In this document: positions 20,238-45,154 of the stretch, one piece after another
Position numbering within the stretch: the first letter of the stretch is position 1
How the letters are laid out: each line of letters starts with the position of its first letter
From: Hemiscyllium ocellatum
Lineage: Eukaryota
Length of the DNA: 64,000 nt
NCBI RefSeq assembly: GCF_020745735.1
Contig: NC_083433.1
Location: 6,583,363-6,647,362, forward strand
Direction of reading: 5' to 3'
Made by a program: the position numbers and the translations under genes
Notes under the pieces: generated by a model
Told to the model about the DNA's origin: nothing
Databases searched by the model: none
What the model saw: the letters and a program-made list of their open reading frames with translations, nothing else

Positions 20238-20960
20238 TAGAATCATAAAATCCCTACCACATGGAAACAGGCCTTTCTACTGAACAAATCCACACCAATC
20301 CTATGAAGAGTATCCCACCCAGACCCATTCCCTGATTTCTCTACATTTAGCCCTGACTAATGCACTTAGCCGAGATGCTATGGGCAATTTAGCTTGGCCA
20401 ATCCACCCTAATCTGCACATCTTTGGATTTTGGGAGGAAACCCATGCAGATACGGTGAAAATGCGGAAACATCGCACAGACAGTTGCCTGAGGCTGGAAT
20501 CAAACCTGGGTCCCTGGCGTTGTGAGACAGCAGTGCTAACCACTGAGCCACCGTGCTGTCCCAGGCAAGAACCACTTCTCTCATAAACCCAGACATCAAC
20601 ACTTGGGATCTTAGAGAAAGGTAGAGCTCGTACAGTGCAGAAAGAAGCCATTCGACTAGTCTGGCCTGTACAACTCTCCAAACATCATCCCAACTGGACT
20701 CCCGACCCCCATCTCTGTAACTCCCCTAATTTCCCATGGCTAACCCACCTCGCCTGCACATCCTTGGACAATTACCCATGGCCAATCCACCCTAACCTGC
20801 TCATCTTTGGACTGTGGGAAGAAACTGGAGCACCTGAAGGAAACCCACACAGACACAGGGAGAATATGCAAACTCCCACAAAGAGTCACCCAAGAGTGAA
20901 ATTGAACCTGGGTGCCTGGTGTGGTGAGGCAGCAGCACTGACTACTGAGCCACCGTGCTA
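20238..20960 (-). mobile_element. Two adjacent HE1-like SINEs
   Basis: Reverse-complement heads end near 20560 and 20958 (CACTGAGCCACCGTGC), each preceded by a reverse V-domain. Confidence 0.78.
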
Positions 20961-21674
20961 TAATACCAATGCAAGGCCAGAGGGAGAGACTAAAATTATT
21001 TTTAGGTAGTGAGTTATTACAATTGGGAATGCACTGTCAAGACAGGATAATGGAAGCAGATGCCTTGAAAACATTAAAGAGGGATTTGGAGACATAGAAT
21101 GACAGGAAATAAATGGCAGCATTATTGGGAAAGCCAATAGGAGTAGGACTAATTTGAAAATGCCAGCAAAAACAAAATAGGCTAAATGGTCCCCCATTGA
21201 GTCTGAATCAAAGAGGTGGAAAACATCTGAGTTACAACATTTCACACAGATTCAAATAGTCCTCACCCAGACTGAAAGTCAACCAAAAAAGTACTCATTG
21301 AACAAACAACAAGATGGGCAGGAAAAGACCAGCTGCTCCATCAAGCCTGTCCCCAACCCCACTGCAGCCAATGGGGGACGAGTCTGTGGGTGGCACTGGG
21401 TATAGTCACGTTCACTCCCTCTCAGTCTCACACATCCATTTCTCTGTCCAATGGCTGGTTTACAAATTGCCTCCAGGTAATTGAACTTGTTTAGGGTACT
21501 GTATCAGCTTCACAGCTCCTCACGAGTAACAAACCTGACCAGGTTCTGAAAAGCTGTTCAGAAGAAAGTAAGAAATATTTTGAGAGTATCAAACTTCCAG
21601 AGATTTTCAGATTTGAAGAATGTCAATGGGATCAAAATCATCAAGCCTATTCCATCAAACGCTCTCTATTTTCC

Positions 21675-21907
21675 CAACTTCTGATTGGCTCAGGGTCTTG
21701 GTTCCACCCCCACAGACCTCTCTCCTCTGTTCATTGGTGCCTGGATAGATGAAGATTCCTGATTGGCTATCAGGGATTGTCAATCATCATCACTAACATC
21801 ATTCCCTGGTTGGGTGCAGGGTGGCCTTGGAGGATAAATGCAAGAGCTTGTGGGAGAGAGGCTTATTTCTAGAGTTGTCTAGGTGATAGTGAACAGGAAT
21901 AGTGAAG
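21675..21907 (+). promoter_or_regulatory. Ferritin copy 4 promoter
   Basis: ATTGG boxes, GATAAA at 21833; homologous to the other copies. Confidence 0.68.
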
Positions 21908-24289
<2,382 letters not shown>

Positions 24290-27146
24290 GTGGGATTCTG
24301 GAGTCCTGTATGTGAAAGCAGAATTGATTTCTCTATTGCTGAATGTGGAAATAAAATATTCACTGGTATAGTGTCTCTTGTATCATTCAGTAGTTAATTC
24401 CTAGAATGTGACTCCAATATCTGCCTTCCATGTCCCTTTACCAGTCTTGGTTCAGTATTGCCTCCCCAGGATGTTTATCACTTGCTGTATGGGGGTCATT
24501 GGCCAAGGCACATCCTGCTCCATTCTAACTAGATTCTGGATCAGTGGTGCTGGAAGAGCACAGCAGTTCAGGCAGCATCCAAAGTTCAGCAAAATCGATG
24601 TTTCAGGAAAAAGCCCTTCATTAGGAATAAAGTCAAGCACATTGCTGTGCTTTGGGTATAGGCCTATACCCAAAGCAAAGGGTAAGGACAGTACGTAGGA
24701 GGTGGCAATTTGTCCCCTCAGTCTGGTACAATCCTGGTGGCCTACCTGCCCTCCATAGGACATGCTTCTTCATAAACTTGTCAATCATTATTAAATGTCT
24801 CTTCCTTTAAATTCACTGCAATCCAGGCTAGCGAATGACTCTTTGTGGGAAGTAATCCCACCTCCTCCATATTTTTAAATCTGCTACCCTACCTTAAAAC
24901 TGAGATGGTGAGGACTGCAGAAATCAGATGATCACATGTGGCAGTGGGGGAAATACCACAGGAGATTAGGCTGCATCTGAGGAACAAGACTTCACCCTAG
25001 ATTTAGCAGCAAGACTAAGTATCAGCTGTATCTAACCACACAATCCCCTGAGCATCATGTAATAATTGGATTGCCTCTTGTCCTTCTGACATTACTATAA
25101 TCTATTGTAACTCACATTTGCAAGCAATGAAAGGCTTTTCTTACTGATCAGTAGCTTAGTGAACTGTTGCTAATCTTACTTTTAAAGTCCCTCTATTCCC
25201 CTCAAGAGGAGCATGGAGTGATATTCCTGATGCTTTTGTACCAACACCCTGTACAATTGCAGCAACACTCCTTTGGTGATATTTACAAAGTTCCATTTGT
25301 TTTCATAACTTTCCACAATTCCTGCTGGTGAGCTCCCTCTGTAGTGAAGTGTTCTGCCTTCTGTCTATTTTGCCCACAAGCTACCTCCTTTGTTCTACTG
25401 ATCAAAATGGATACTTTTCCTTCACCAAAGGCATTGAGAGAATAATGCAGGATTTTTTTTTAATAGTGGTTTTGCGATTGTTATTAGACTAAATTGAAAC
25501 TTTAAGTAAATTAAAATCACAGGCTGCTGTAGTTGAATTCATGCCTGGGCTTCTGCATTAATAGCCTAGTGATAAGGCCATTAGCTTGATACCACAATCT
25601 TTATTAAGACCCTTTAGGATATTCAGCTCGGCTATCCATATAGTGAGTCTAATTAAAGAATTGCAGATGCTGGCAATCTGAAGCAAAACTGATTACTGGA
25701 GAAACTCAACAGGTCTGGCAGCATCTATGGAGCGAGAAACTCAACAAGCATTTCAAGTTGTGACCCTGCAGAACCCATCTGTTTTCTCTTTTCCCCCACA
25801 AATGTGAGCTTTCAATTCCTGTTGTACAGGGACTGTGTCACTGTCAGCTATAATATCATGAGGCAGTGAAATATCAGGAAGGGACTGATTATTGCATTCA
25901 GTGTCTGGGACAAAGCTGTTCCAGTCTCCCTCTCTGCAAGGGCCTGGGGGACAGTGTGTAATTCAGGTGTTTCTACATAAGATTGTCACAAACCTTCCTG
26001 GATTGCCAAAAGTTCTAATTCTTTTGCAGACGCTAACTGGGGAAAAGTCTCTGACCAGGTTGACATCTGAATCCTTGCTGCTTTTAACTTTACATATCAA
26101 TCCCTAACCTTCATGAATCTCCAGTAAATGCAGGAATACATGTTAATTAGTCAAAATACTTAACACCCCAGGTAGCAAACCAATGCACACTGACTGCAGA
26201 CTCTCTGAAACAGATCGGAATCTCCCCCTCGATCGGCAATTTGTCTGCAACTTGGTCTCATGGATGTGCTGGTACATTTCATCACCCAGAGAGTGGTGAG
26301 CCTGTGGGACCTGCAACCACGGAATACAGTCAAGGTCAGAATTTTGACTCCAAGGAGTTAGATCGAGCATTTGGGGCAAAAGGGATCGAATGATATGGGA
26401 AGAAGCAAGAACAGGGTTTGATGGGATCCACCATGATCATATAAAATGGCAGCGTAGGCTCAAGGGGCTGAATGGCCTCCTTTTTATCTCAGTTTTGATG
26501 TTCCTCTGTCTTCCCCACAGGCCTCTCAGACTTCAATATGTTTCCAGGTGACACTGTTGAAAGAATAGAGAGCTATATCACACTTCCTGATTACGTTCAG
26601 TTCGATGGCACCATAAACAGGCAGAATATTGTGGGGAACACTGATATAATAAGCGGACAAGACTAGCCAACAATTCGATGTGAGGAAAAGTGCACTTTGG
26701 ACCTCGATAAATCAGACTTATTTCAATATAATGAAGAGCCAAGAACTGAAGAGGAGCAGAGAGTTAGGAGACCACGTGCAGAAACTACTAAAACAGCACG
26801 GTCAGTAACAAAACTGAATTTAAAAGGCTGACATCATTTTAGTCTTCATCTGTTGGGGAGAGGCAACTGGAATGTACAGGTTGTGTCACATTCGTATAAA
26901 GTGCAGAGTACACACATCTGGAGGATTGTATTCTGTATTCATACTATGGCCTTGGAGTGAGTATGTTTTTTAAAATTAATCCATGGAATGGAGCTGTTGC
27001 TGTTGATGCCAACCAGTGCTGACCATCCCTAATTGCCCTTGGACTGAGTGATTTGACACCATCTCAGAAGCAAGCTCTAAGTCCACACACTGCTGTCGGC
27101 CTACGGTCACCTTTAGGCTTCCTTCTGTAATTAAGTGCAATCACAG

Positions 27147-27423
27147 GTTAGATTAGATTAGATTCCTTACAGTGTGGAAACAGGCCCTCTGGCCCAACAA
27201 GACCACACTGACCCTCTGAAGAGTAACCCATTTCCCTCTAACTAATACATTTAACACTATTGGCAGTTTAGCATGGCCAATTCACCTGATTTGCATATCT
27301 TTGTGCCTGTGGGAGGAAACTGGTGCACCCAGAGAGAACCCACACAGTTGCCTCAGACTGGAATCGAATCTGGGTTCCTGGCACTGTGAGGCAGCAGTGT
27401 AAACTACTGAGCCACCATGCTGC
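27147..27423 (-). mobile_element. HE1-like V-SINE directly upstream of the copy 5 promoter
   Basis: (GATTA)n tail at about 27150, GCATGGCCAATTCACCT, head ACTGAGCCACCATGCTGC. Confidence 0.78.
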
Positions 27424-27424
27424 T

Positions 27425-29329
<1,905 letters not shown>

Positions 29330-30715
29330 GTGGGGTTCTGGAATTATTGCAGTTTGACAATGTATAGTACTAAATTGTGAATTCTCATTGAACTTGGAAA
29401 TAAAATCTGTGGATGACAAAACACCTTTTTTATAAAATTCAATGATTGCATTCATATCCATGGTTCTTAGCTGCATGACATGTGAGACCTTTAACTTGCT
29501 TTGAACTATTTTTCTTAATCACCCTTTTCAGACATTGTTACACATGTGGAGCAGGTAGGTCTTGTATCAGGGAAGGGACACTACCACTGCACCATAAGAG
29601 CCTGTTTAAACATTCTTCTGAAGTTTCTTGTCCTCCTTTAGACTTTGGTGCTTAATCATCCTCCCAAGTGTCACCTTAATGAAAACTGCAGCAACATACA
29701 ACAGCTGTCTCATGGGGTTTTTAATCATTGTAGATAAATAGCTGAAGCTGTCAAATATTAAACACCCAGCTGTTTCACCAATACTGTATCATTGGGAATG
29801 AAATCTGTGGCCTTAGATGTAAATGCAAGTTTATATTTATTATTAAACAACTTCCTGTACTCTACATTCAAGGATGATGCCCTCTGAGCATGTGGAAAAG
29901 CAGAAAGAATGGAATGTTGCCCTGAAATGATGCATATGTTCATATTTTTAATATCCTACCTCAAATCCAATAGCTGTCTTCATTATAGAAGGAGAAAGGA
30001 TGGATAGTAGCAATCCTGTGATTGTCAGGATCAAGATCCATATGAAAAACAACAACAATGGAAATAACATTCATCGACTAGAAGCATCCCACCACTCTAC
30101 TGTCCATCTCCACAACCTGATTGGTTTACAGATTGGGTAGTGCACCTAGTACAGATCAATATCCTTCAACTGCTGTGATCAATATCAGTGACCCTTAGCT
30201 GAGGTGAACCAGTTCTTCAAGTATCATTGTATTCAACACTGTGTACAGGGAGAAATATCCATTGCCAAACTTGTCAAATACTGAGGTGAATTGGGGAGCT
30301 CTGATTCTGGACAGCTGATGCTATCAGTTTGCAGAAAATCAATGCAACTAAAATCAATTCCATTGCTGATGAGATAATGGAGGGAGGGGTGGGAGTGGGG
30401 GGAATGTGTGTACATGGAATAGGAAGATACCTTTTGGATGTGGGGTTGGGATTCAGGGAGAGTGAAGGAGGCAGGGAGTGTGGCTGCTAACTTTGACAAA
30501 ATTTGTCTCTCCCTCTCAGCAATCTCTACGTGGGCTTCAAGTTTTACATTTATAGATTGATCTATATGAAGGGGAATAGAGAGATGTATGTCCACGTTTC
30601 TGGGTGATAAAGTAAGTGGTGTGGCTGGGAGCTGAAAGTTTGCAACAAGACATTGTAAAAATGAATGAGTAAACACTAACAGACAGGACTCAATGTGAGG
30701 AAGAGTGAGGCTTTC

Positions 30716-32523
30716 TGTTGCGAAGTCCTAACCTAACTGGGCATGATGTAGATACAGGAGATGTTGTTCTGATTAAGCAACATCCTTATGGGCATAACAA
30801 TCGAAAGTTGACACAGGTTTAGAAGGAACTAGGGCACATGCTCCAAGATGGCATAATCAAAGTGAGTTAGAGTGACTGGAACTCACCGATAGTCATGGTG
30901 ACAAAGCCAGATAATACCCAACAGTTATGTGTGGACTATCACAAAATCAACGCTGTTACAGAGATTGACGCATATCCACGGTTGGAGGACTGTGTCAAAA
31001 AAGTGGAGCAAGCAACTTACGTTTCTAAGTCAGACTTGCTCAGAGGCTACCTGCAAGTACCCCTGTCAGAGAAAGCAAAGGCAATTTTGGCTTTCATAAT
31101 GCCAGATGGACAATATCAGTTCAAAGTCATGCCATTTAGTATGAAAAATGCTCCAGCCACATTTCAGAGACTGACTAATAAGGTCATTGCCAGATGACCC
31201 AACTGTGTGATGCATATTGATGACCTGGTGATTTTCAGTCACTTCTGGAAGAAACATTTATTGGACTTAGTCAGTCGACTTCAGAAGGTGGTAAACCAGG
31301 CTAAAAGTGAATTTGCCAAAGTCCAAGTCACCTTCCTGGGCCATGTTATTGGACATGGACAAATGGCCCCATGGGATGTGAAAACAAAAGTAGTTGGGGA
31401 ACTTCCCACACCGTTGACGAAAAAAGCTGTACTACCGTTCCTGGGGTTGAATGGATTTTACTGAAAGTTTGTGCTGATCTTTAGCAGTGTAGCTGCTCCA
31501 CGAGCTGCATTGTTAAAAAAAGAGCAAGAAGTTTCAGTGGACAGCAGACTGACAGCCTAAACACTGTGTTAACCACTGCCCCAGTATTAGCCACAGCGGA
31601 TTACACGAAGATTTTCAAAGTGGTTATTGATGTCAGTGATGTGGGTATCGGTGCAGTGCTCCTGCAGGAAGATGATGAGGCAATAGAAAGACCCAGGAGG
31701 TATTTTTCCAGCAAGTTGGACATTCATCAACAGAAATATTCAACGGTGGAGCAAGAGACTTTAAGCTTGGTGTTGGCATTACAATATTTCAGTGTCTATA
31801 GTACCAGCAATACATCTGAGTCAATCGTATTCACTGATCATACCCTGCTGACATTTATGGAAAAATTTAAGGACAAAAATACCAGACTGTTAAGATGGAC
31901 AAAACTGGTTTCTTTTTTCTAAAAGCTGGTCCTTTTCTCAAAGCTATTATGTCCTTGGTTTTTTTTTAGAGTGGTAATACACTGCTCTCAGTGCTGATTA
32001 GACTAGTTTGGGACAGAGATGAAAGGGTATTGAGAGGCCTTTTATTTATATATAAACAGATGAGCCTTTAGGCCAAAGTGGTCATGTTTTAGAAGTGACC
32101 TGTATAATGAAAGGGGAGTGGTCAGCTCTCGAGCTGAGCAGTTTAGTTCAGTCCAGAACCGTTTGGGAGTTAACAATGAGCTATGTGCAAACTCTGTCTT
32201 CTGCCCTTCTAACTTCAACCTGTAAGCATCTGACTCTTTTTTGTGCTGTGTGTTAAAGTGGGTTTGCTTATTCGGACTGTTGTGTATATTTGAATTAAGA
32301 CTAGTTTGGATAGACTGAGTTCTGTAGGCGTTCTTTATTCTGTTCTTCATGTTTCACTGTGTAATTTTGTGAATAAATTTTTTGTCTGTTTTAAACCTGG
32401 TAGTCAATCTCGCTAACTTAATCCGGGTAATCTTCATTGGACACTTACCGAAACAAATTACAAAGTTATGGTCTGGGATACCTGCTTAAGAATGGTTTGA
32501 GTGGTCTGGCCTAGTCCATAACA
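30716..32523 (+). mobile_element. Degenerate Gypsy/Ty3 LTR retrotransposon (RT + RNase H + 3' LTR, integrase missing)
   Basis: Peptides LCVDYHKINAVT, DLLRGYLQVPL, MPFSMKNAPATFQR, HIDDLVIFS, TTAPVLA, DVSDVGIGAVLLQ and YSTVEQETLSLVLAL, interrupted by stops and frameshifts; LTR about 31900-32523 ending in CA. Confidence 0.9.
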
Positions 32524-33502
32524 AATGTATAGACAGAAAAATGCCTGAACTACAAAGAGCTAGATGTTCGAGTCACACAGTCTCTCAGCACAGATGAGGT
32601 CCTTCCTTCCATTGGGTCTGTGCTGACCTGTCTACATTAGTCCCACTTTCCAGCACTTAGCCCATGGACTTAATATAATGTCACTTCAAGTGTTCCTCCG
32701 TGTACTTTTTAAAGGTTGTGGGGTTTCCCATCTCTACGCCCCTGCCTGGCAGCCCACCCACCCTCTGGGTGACAAATGCTTTCTTCGACCTGTCCTGCCT
32801 TTCACCTTTAAATGATGCCCCCTCAGGTTATGCATCTGACAGTTCTGTTACAGTTTTATTAAATGCCAGTGAGTGCACATCTACAATATTGTATTCAGTC
32901 CTGATCTATTCATCTCTGAGGGAATGCAGCACCGATTCACTGGGGTGACAGCAGGGTTAAAAATGAGGACCATTTGCATTGAAGATACAATTCAGATCCT
33001 TAGACAGAACCTTCCAAATCCACACCCACTTCCATCTAGAAGGACAAGGACACCAGATACATTGGAACACCACCTCCAAGACTCGCTCAAAGCCATTCAC
33101 CATCTTGACTTGGAAATATATCACCGTTCCTCAGTGTCACTGGGTCAAAGTCCTGGAATTCCCTCCCTCAGTATAAAGGGTGTCCCCACACACCACGGAC
33201 TGCAGCGGTTCAAGAAGGCAGCTCACCCCCAACTTCTCAAGGGGCGACGAGGGATGGGCAATAAATGCTGACCCAGTCAGTGAGGCCAATGACAGAATTT
33301 TAAACATTTTTGTGTTTCCATGAGTACAAAAAAAGCAAATAATTATAATTAAGATTTGAAGGTGATTAATTGATTTGATCGGGTCAATGGAGAAAAATGG
33401 TTTCTTCAGGTGGGATATTTCCAGACTTGAGGGGACTGTCAGGGGAGCAGCAGATCCTGAAGGTGAGAGCCCATACATGAGGGATAGTGTTCAGAAACAC
33501 CT

Positions 33503-33526
33503 ACACACACACACACACACACACAC
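33503..33526. repeat. (AC)n microsatellite
   Basis: About 12 AC units. Confidence 0.9.
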
Positions 33527-34334
33527 AACTGAAAATGTAAGCCTTGCTCTCCCAACATCTTGGGAATCAATTGAACATTTCAGTCGGAGTAAATGGGTGA
33601 AGGGATAGTTAAAACAACGTGGAAGCAGAGTAAGAGTGATGTGAGCAAAAACATTTTTACACATAAAGTAGTTAGGGTATGGAAAGTGCTTCCTGGAAAT
33701 GTGGGGGAGGCAGGTTCAATTGAAATTGGGTTTTCCTCTGGGACAGTAGCGGTGTGCAGGAATATGGAGAAAAGGCAAGAGATGAGCACAATGGAGCTGG
33801 TGCAGGCACCATGGGCCGAATGGCCTCCTTTGGCACTTTAATGTTTTTATACTCAGTTGTGGGACCTGGGTGACAGTGGGCTGGCCCAGCATGTATTGCC
33901 CGTCCCTAGTTGCCCCTTGAGAAGGTGGGGTGAGCTGCCTTCTTGATCCGCTGCAGTCTATGTGCTTCAGGTTGACACACAATGCCTTTAGGGAGGGAAT
34001 TCCAGGATTTTGACCCAGTGAAGGGACAGCAGTATAGTTCCAAGCCAGGATGGTGAGTAGCTCGGAGGGGAACTTGTGGATGGTGTTCCCATGTATCTGT
34101 TGCCCTTGTCCTTCTAGATAGAAATGGTCATTGGCTTGGATGGTGCTATCTGAGGACCTTTGGTGAATTTGTGTTGGAATTCTATGATACTGCAATATGG
34201 AAGAGGGTGGGTGACATGGAATTGAAATGGAAACTAACCAAGGTGTGGTTAAACAGTGAAACAGGTTAGAGGGATGAGAGGGCTTCCTCCTGTTCCCATG
34301 GTCCTAAATTGTTTAAACACCTGATTAGTTTAAC

Positions 34335-34559
34335 ACTACTCTGATTGGCTCTGGTTTGTACATAGCTCCCCCCAATACCTCTCTCTAATTAGTACCTGGA
34401 TTCACAGGAGATTCCTGATTGGTAATCCCCAATAGCCAATCATTATTGCTGATAACATTTCCTGTTGGAATGCAGGATTTCCATTGGTATAAATACTAGG
34501 CTCCTAGCAGCTCAAGTGTGCTTGTGTTTTTGAGTTCCCTTTTGTTAGTAAGTGTGAAG
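34335..34559 (+). promoter_or_regulatory. Ferritin copy 6 promoter (variant class with canonical TATA)
   Basis: CTGATTGG twice, forward CCAAT motifs, CCATTGG-TATAAATA (TATA at 34488); nearly identical to the copy 7 promoter. Confidence 0.7.
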
Positions 34560-36093
<1,534 letters not shown>

Positions 36094-38714
36094 GTGGGAT
36101 TCTGGAATCACTTCATATTGCAGTTTTATCCTATGGTACTGAATTGCAAATAAAACCTATCATGATCAATCACTTCTGTATAATTCAGTTATTAATTAGA
36201 TTCATATCAATGGTTCTTGGCAGCATGACATGTCAAAGTTAAAAAAGGTTTCACCTTTTTTTTTCCCCTAATTGCCCTGTTCAGGGTTTTTTCCACAGCT
36301 GAAGCAGGTGGCCCTTGTACCTGGACATCCTCCCCCAGGGAAGGGACATGACAACAGCACCATCAGAGCCTGTTCAAACATTAAGTTTCTTGCCCTTCTT
36401 AGACTTAGTTTGGTCAATCTTCCTCCATGTGTTAAGCTTATTGAAGTTTTCAGCAACACACCACAGCAGTCTCATGGGGCTTTTTTAATCATTGTAGATA
36501 AATATCTGAAGCTGTCAACTATGAAAAATCCATCTCTTTCACTAAGACAGTATCATCAGGAATGTAATCTGCTGTCCTTACCTGGTCTGGCCTAAATACA
36601 TCCAGGGCTGCGCTGCTGTGACTCTGGAGTTTAAGTGCAGATTTACTTTTTTTTTGTCAACTTCCTGCACTCTACTGAGCAGGGATGTAGAAAGTTTAAA
36701 AAGCATGGACTGCTGTCCTGAAATGGTGCATATGTTCATATTTCTAATATCTTACCTCAAATACATAGACCCTTCCATCACAGAAGAAGGGATGGATAGT
36801 AGAGATCCTGAGATGGTCAGGATCAAGCTCCACATGAAACAACAACACTGGAAATAACATTCTTTAAATAGAAGCATCTTATCACTGTACTGTCCATCTC
36901 TACCATGTGATTAGTTGGTTTAGATTGTGCAGTGGATCTAGTACAGATCCATATCCTTGGACAGTTGTGATCAATATCAGTAACCCTGCCCTCTTCTGGA
37001 TCTGACAGCAGGTGAACCAGTTCAGATGCCATTGTATAGATGTCATTGTATTCAACATTAAGTATATAGGGAGAAATATCCATTGACAAACACTGATGAA
37101 TTGGGGAGTTCTGATCTGGATGGCTGATGCTATCAGTTTGAGGAAAGTCAAAGCAACTAAAATCAATTTTATTGCTGATGAGATAATTAGGAAGGCTGTG
37201 TGCACATTGAATAGGAAGATACCTTTTGGACATGGTTGGGAATCAGGAAGGGCAGAGATAGAGAGCATAGCTGCTAACTTTGACAAAATTTGTCTCTTCC
37301 CTCCCAGCGATCTCTGTATGGGCTTCAGTTTCACTATGATCGATTTAGATGAAGGGGAACAAAGAGCTGTATGTCCACGCTTCTGGGAGGCTGGGAGCTG
37401 AAAGTTTGCAACAAGACATTGTTAAAACTAACAGAGAGGACTCCACGTGAGGAAGAGTGAAGCTTTCCGCTTTGGAACGAGAAAGAGAAATCAGTTAAAC
37501 TGTGACAAGTGAGGAACTGAAGAGATGGTGGGACTGATCCAGAGAAATTACAAAATCCATTGGAAAAGCCTGGAATCCAATGAGCTAGATGTTCGAGTCA
37601 CACAATCTCTCAACATAGAAGAGGCCCTTCGTTCCATCTGGTCTGTGCTAACCTGTCTACACTAGTCCCACTTTCTAGCAATTAGCCAGTGGACTTGAAC
37701 GTAATTACACTTTGTGTTCCTTCATGTACTTTTTAAAGGTTGTGGGGTTTCCCATCTCTATGCCCCTGGCTGGCAGCCCACCCACCCTCTGGGTAACAAA
37801 TGTTTTCCTCAAATCCCCACTAAACCTCCAGCATAACCTAAAGGTTAGAGCCCATTCATTAGGGGTAGTGTTCAGAAACACTTCCTCAGACACAGGCACA
37901 ATATTGAAAACGCAAACCTTGCTCTCCTTGGGAAGGTTGGGAATCAATTGAACATTTCAGTCGGAGGTTGTTGGCTGTTGTTATGTAAATGGGTGAAGGG
38001 ATAGTTAAAGCATTGTAGAAACAGAGCAAGAGTGACGTGAGAAAAACATTTTTACGCAGAAAGTAGTTAGGCTATGGAACGTGCTTCCTGGAAATGTGCG
38101 GAGGCAGGTTCAATTGAAACATTCAAGAGAGCATTGGGACAGTAGCAGTGTGCAGGGATATGGAGAAAAGGCAAGAGATTAGCACATTCGGCCGAACGGC
38201 CTCCTTTGACACTGAAATTTCTTTATGTTTACTTGTGGGAATTGGATGTCAGTGGGCTAGCCCAGCATGTATTGCCCATCCTTAGTTGCTCCCTTGAGAA
38301 GGTGGGGGTGAGCTGCCTTCTTGAACCGTTGCAGTCCATGTGCTGTAGGTTGACCCACAATGCCCTTAGGGAGGGAATTCCAGGATTTTGACCCAGTGAC
38401 ATTGAAGGGACAGCATATATTTCCAAGCCAGGATGGTGGGTAGCCCAGAGGGAAACCTGTGAGTGGTTTTCCCATGAATCTGTTGCCCTTGTCCTTCTAG
38501 ATGGTTGTGGATTTGGATGGTGTTGTCTGAGGGTCTTTGGTGAATTTGTGTTGGAATTCTATGATTCTGCGATCTGGAAGAGGGTGGTTTATATGGAATA
38601 GAAATGGAAACTAACCAAGGTGTGGTTAAATAGTGGAACAGGTCAGAGGGCTTGAATGGCTTCCTCCTGTTCCCATGGTCCTAAATTGTTAAAAAAAAAC
38701 CCTGCTTAGTTTTA

Positions 38715-38941
38715 CACTGCGCTGATTGGCTCTGGTTTGTACATAGCTCCCCCCAGTACCTCTCTCTAATTAGTACCTGGATTCACAGGAGATTCCTGAT
38801 TGGTAATCCCCAATAGCCAGTCATTATTGCTGATAACATTTCCTGTTGGAATGCAGGATTCCCATTGGTATAAATACTAGGCTCCTAAGCAGCTGCTGTT
38901 AGCTTGTTGTTTGAGTTTACCTTCTGTTAGTAATTGTGAAG
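38715..38941 (+). promoter_or_regulatory. Ferritin copy 7 promoter (variant class with canonical TATA)
   Basis: Same architecture as copy 6; TATAAATA at 38869. Confidence 0.7.
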
Positions 38942-43493
<4,552 letters not shown>

Positions 43494-45154
43494 GTGGGAT
43501 TCTGGAATATTTTTCTCTAAAATCCAATACTGCTTCTCTTCTACTGGATATAGAAATAAACAATTTATCATTTAATCAATATTTCTAGTTTTATAACCAT
43601 AGCCAACACTTTGAACTGAATGAATTAATTTGCCTAACTGACCTGACCATGACTGTTCTGCCCAATGTCTGAGGATTGGTTACTGTTTGTCCATGTCCCA
43701 CAAGTTAGCTGTAAGGAGTGAACCTTTTTATGGTAGCCAAATTCCTTGGAACAGATGGATAGGAATGTCAAGAGGGAGGGAAGAATAAACTCCATTCAGG
43801 GTAAATGAGTGGACACACCTTTAGCTCAGTATTGAGGGGAGTTAGTTGTTTTGAAGTGCTGTCATGAAGAACAGTTTCTTCCAAATAAAAGGAACCTGCA
43901 GACTTTATTTCTGTAGTAGAGATGGGCTTTCTGATGCAGATCTAGTGCGTGTGCTTAAGCTCAATGGTACTGTTTGGTGTCCATGTCAAAACCAAGTGAT
44001 TGTCAATGACATGTCACTGCAGTTGATCAGGGCCTCAGCTAGATGTTCTAAAATTGGACTACTGTCCATTTTTGACTTTTGCAGTAAATACTACTTAAAC
44101 TTCATGTTAGAGGGCCACTAGTTTCTATCTCTGATTTTCTGAAAGTAATAACCTTTTTTTTGGGGGGTGGGGAGGAGAAGGCCAGGCTTGTATAAAATCA
44201 AGTATAGAGGGTGAAATGTCTAGAAGGATATGTTTCTGAATAGAACTTTTTTAATAGTGTAGATTCCTGAAAGGCTGTTTCACTTGTGTTGACTAACCCA
44301 AAGCTAGGTCATTGAGGTAAGAAAGACCCTCTGAAAATGTCATAGTGACAGTTTGTCAACCAACGCTGTTTTTGATAGATGCAAAGGTAGTCACTGCCAC
44401 TGTCCTTCTTTTAAAGCTGAAGGGATAAGAGGGTGAGGGCCTGACTGGGGAAATTGAGATTGCAACTTTTGAGCAGTGGTGGAGCAAGCTTAAATGGGGT
44501 TTTAGCATATGTAGTCTGTATGGGTTTTCTCCCACAATCCAAAGCTGTGCAGGTGAGGTGAATTGGCTAATGCTAAATTGCTAATACTGTCAGGGATGTG
44601 TAGGTTAGATGCATTAGCTAGGGGAAATGCCAAGTAATGGGTTTGGATAGGATACTCCTCAGGGTCAGTGTGGACTTGTTGGGTCAAAGTGCCTGTGTCC
44701 ACTCTGTAGGGAATCTAATGGAGTGTCATAAATTTGACAAGGGAGACTGACACTCCTATAATCCTGTTTCTCCTTATTCTGTGAGGATCTACTTCAGACT
44801 CCTGTCAGGACAGAGGGGATACAAGGTGTGAGATTTATTAAGATTGTCATGAAAGGATCCCATTTTGGGGAGTGCTGTATTTACACTAGCACTTTACTTG
44901 TCTTTGGACAGGCTGACATGCAATAAACAGCAAATCTAGTCACTAAAGTCTTCACTTTAAATTTGAGGAAATGCAGGAATATTTGTAATTAGCCAAACCA
45001 TGCGCACATTCCACATATAACATCTTACCTTACAATGTATTGCTGGTTACACATTCACTGTAGACTTTCTGAAAGACAGTCAGTCCCTTTCAGGTTTGGG
45101 ATCAATGTATGAATGCTGTTATTGGGGCTGGTTTGGGAATCCTGAAGAGTTTCT

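Noticed and set aside
36823-37334. 136-144 aa minus-strand ORFs as a novel gene
   Set aside because: The paralogous segments at 30.1-30.6 kb and 51.7-52.2 kb have stops and frameshifts, and I see no recognisable domain or splice structure.
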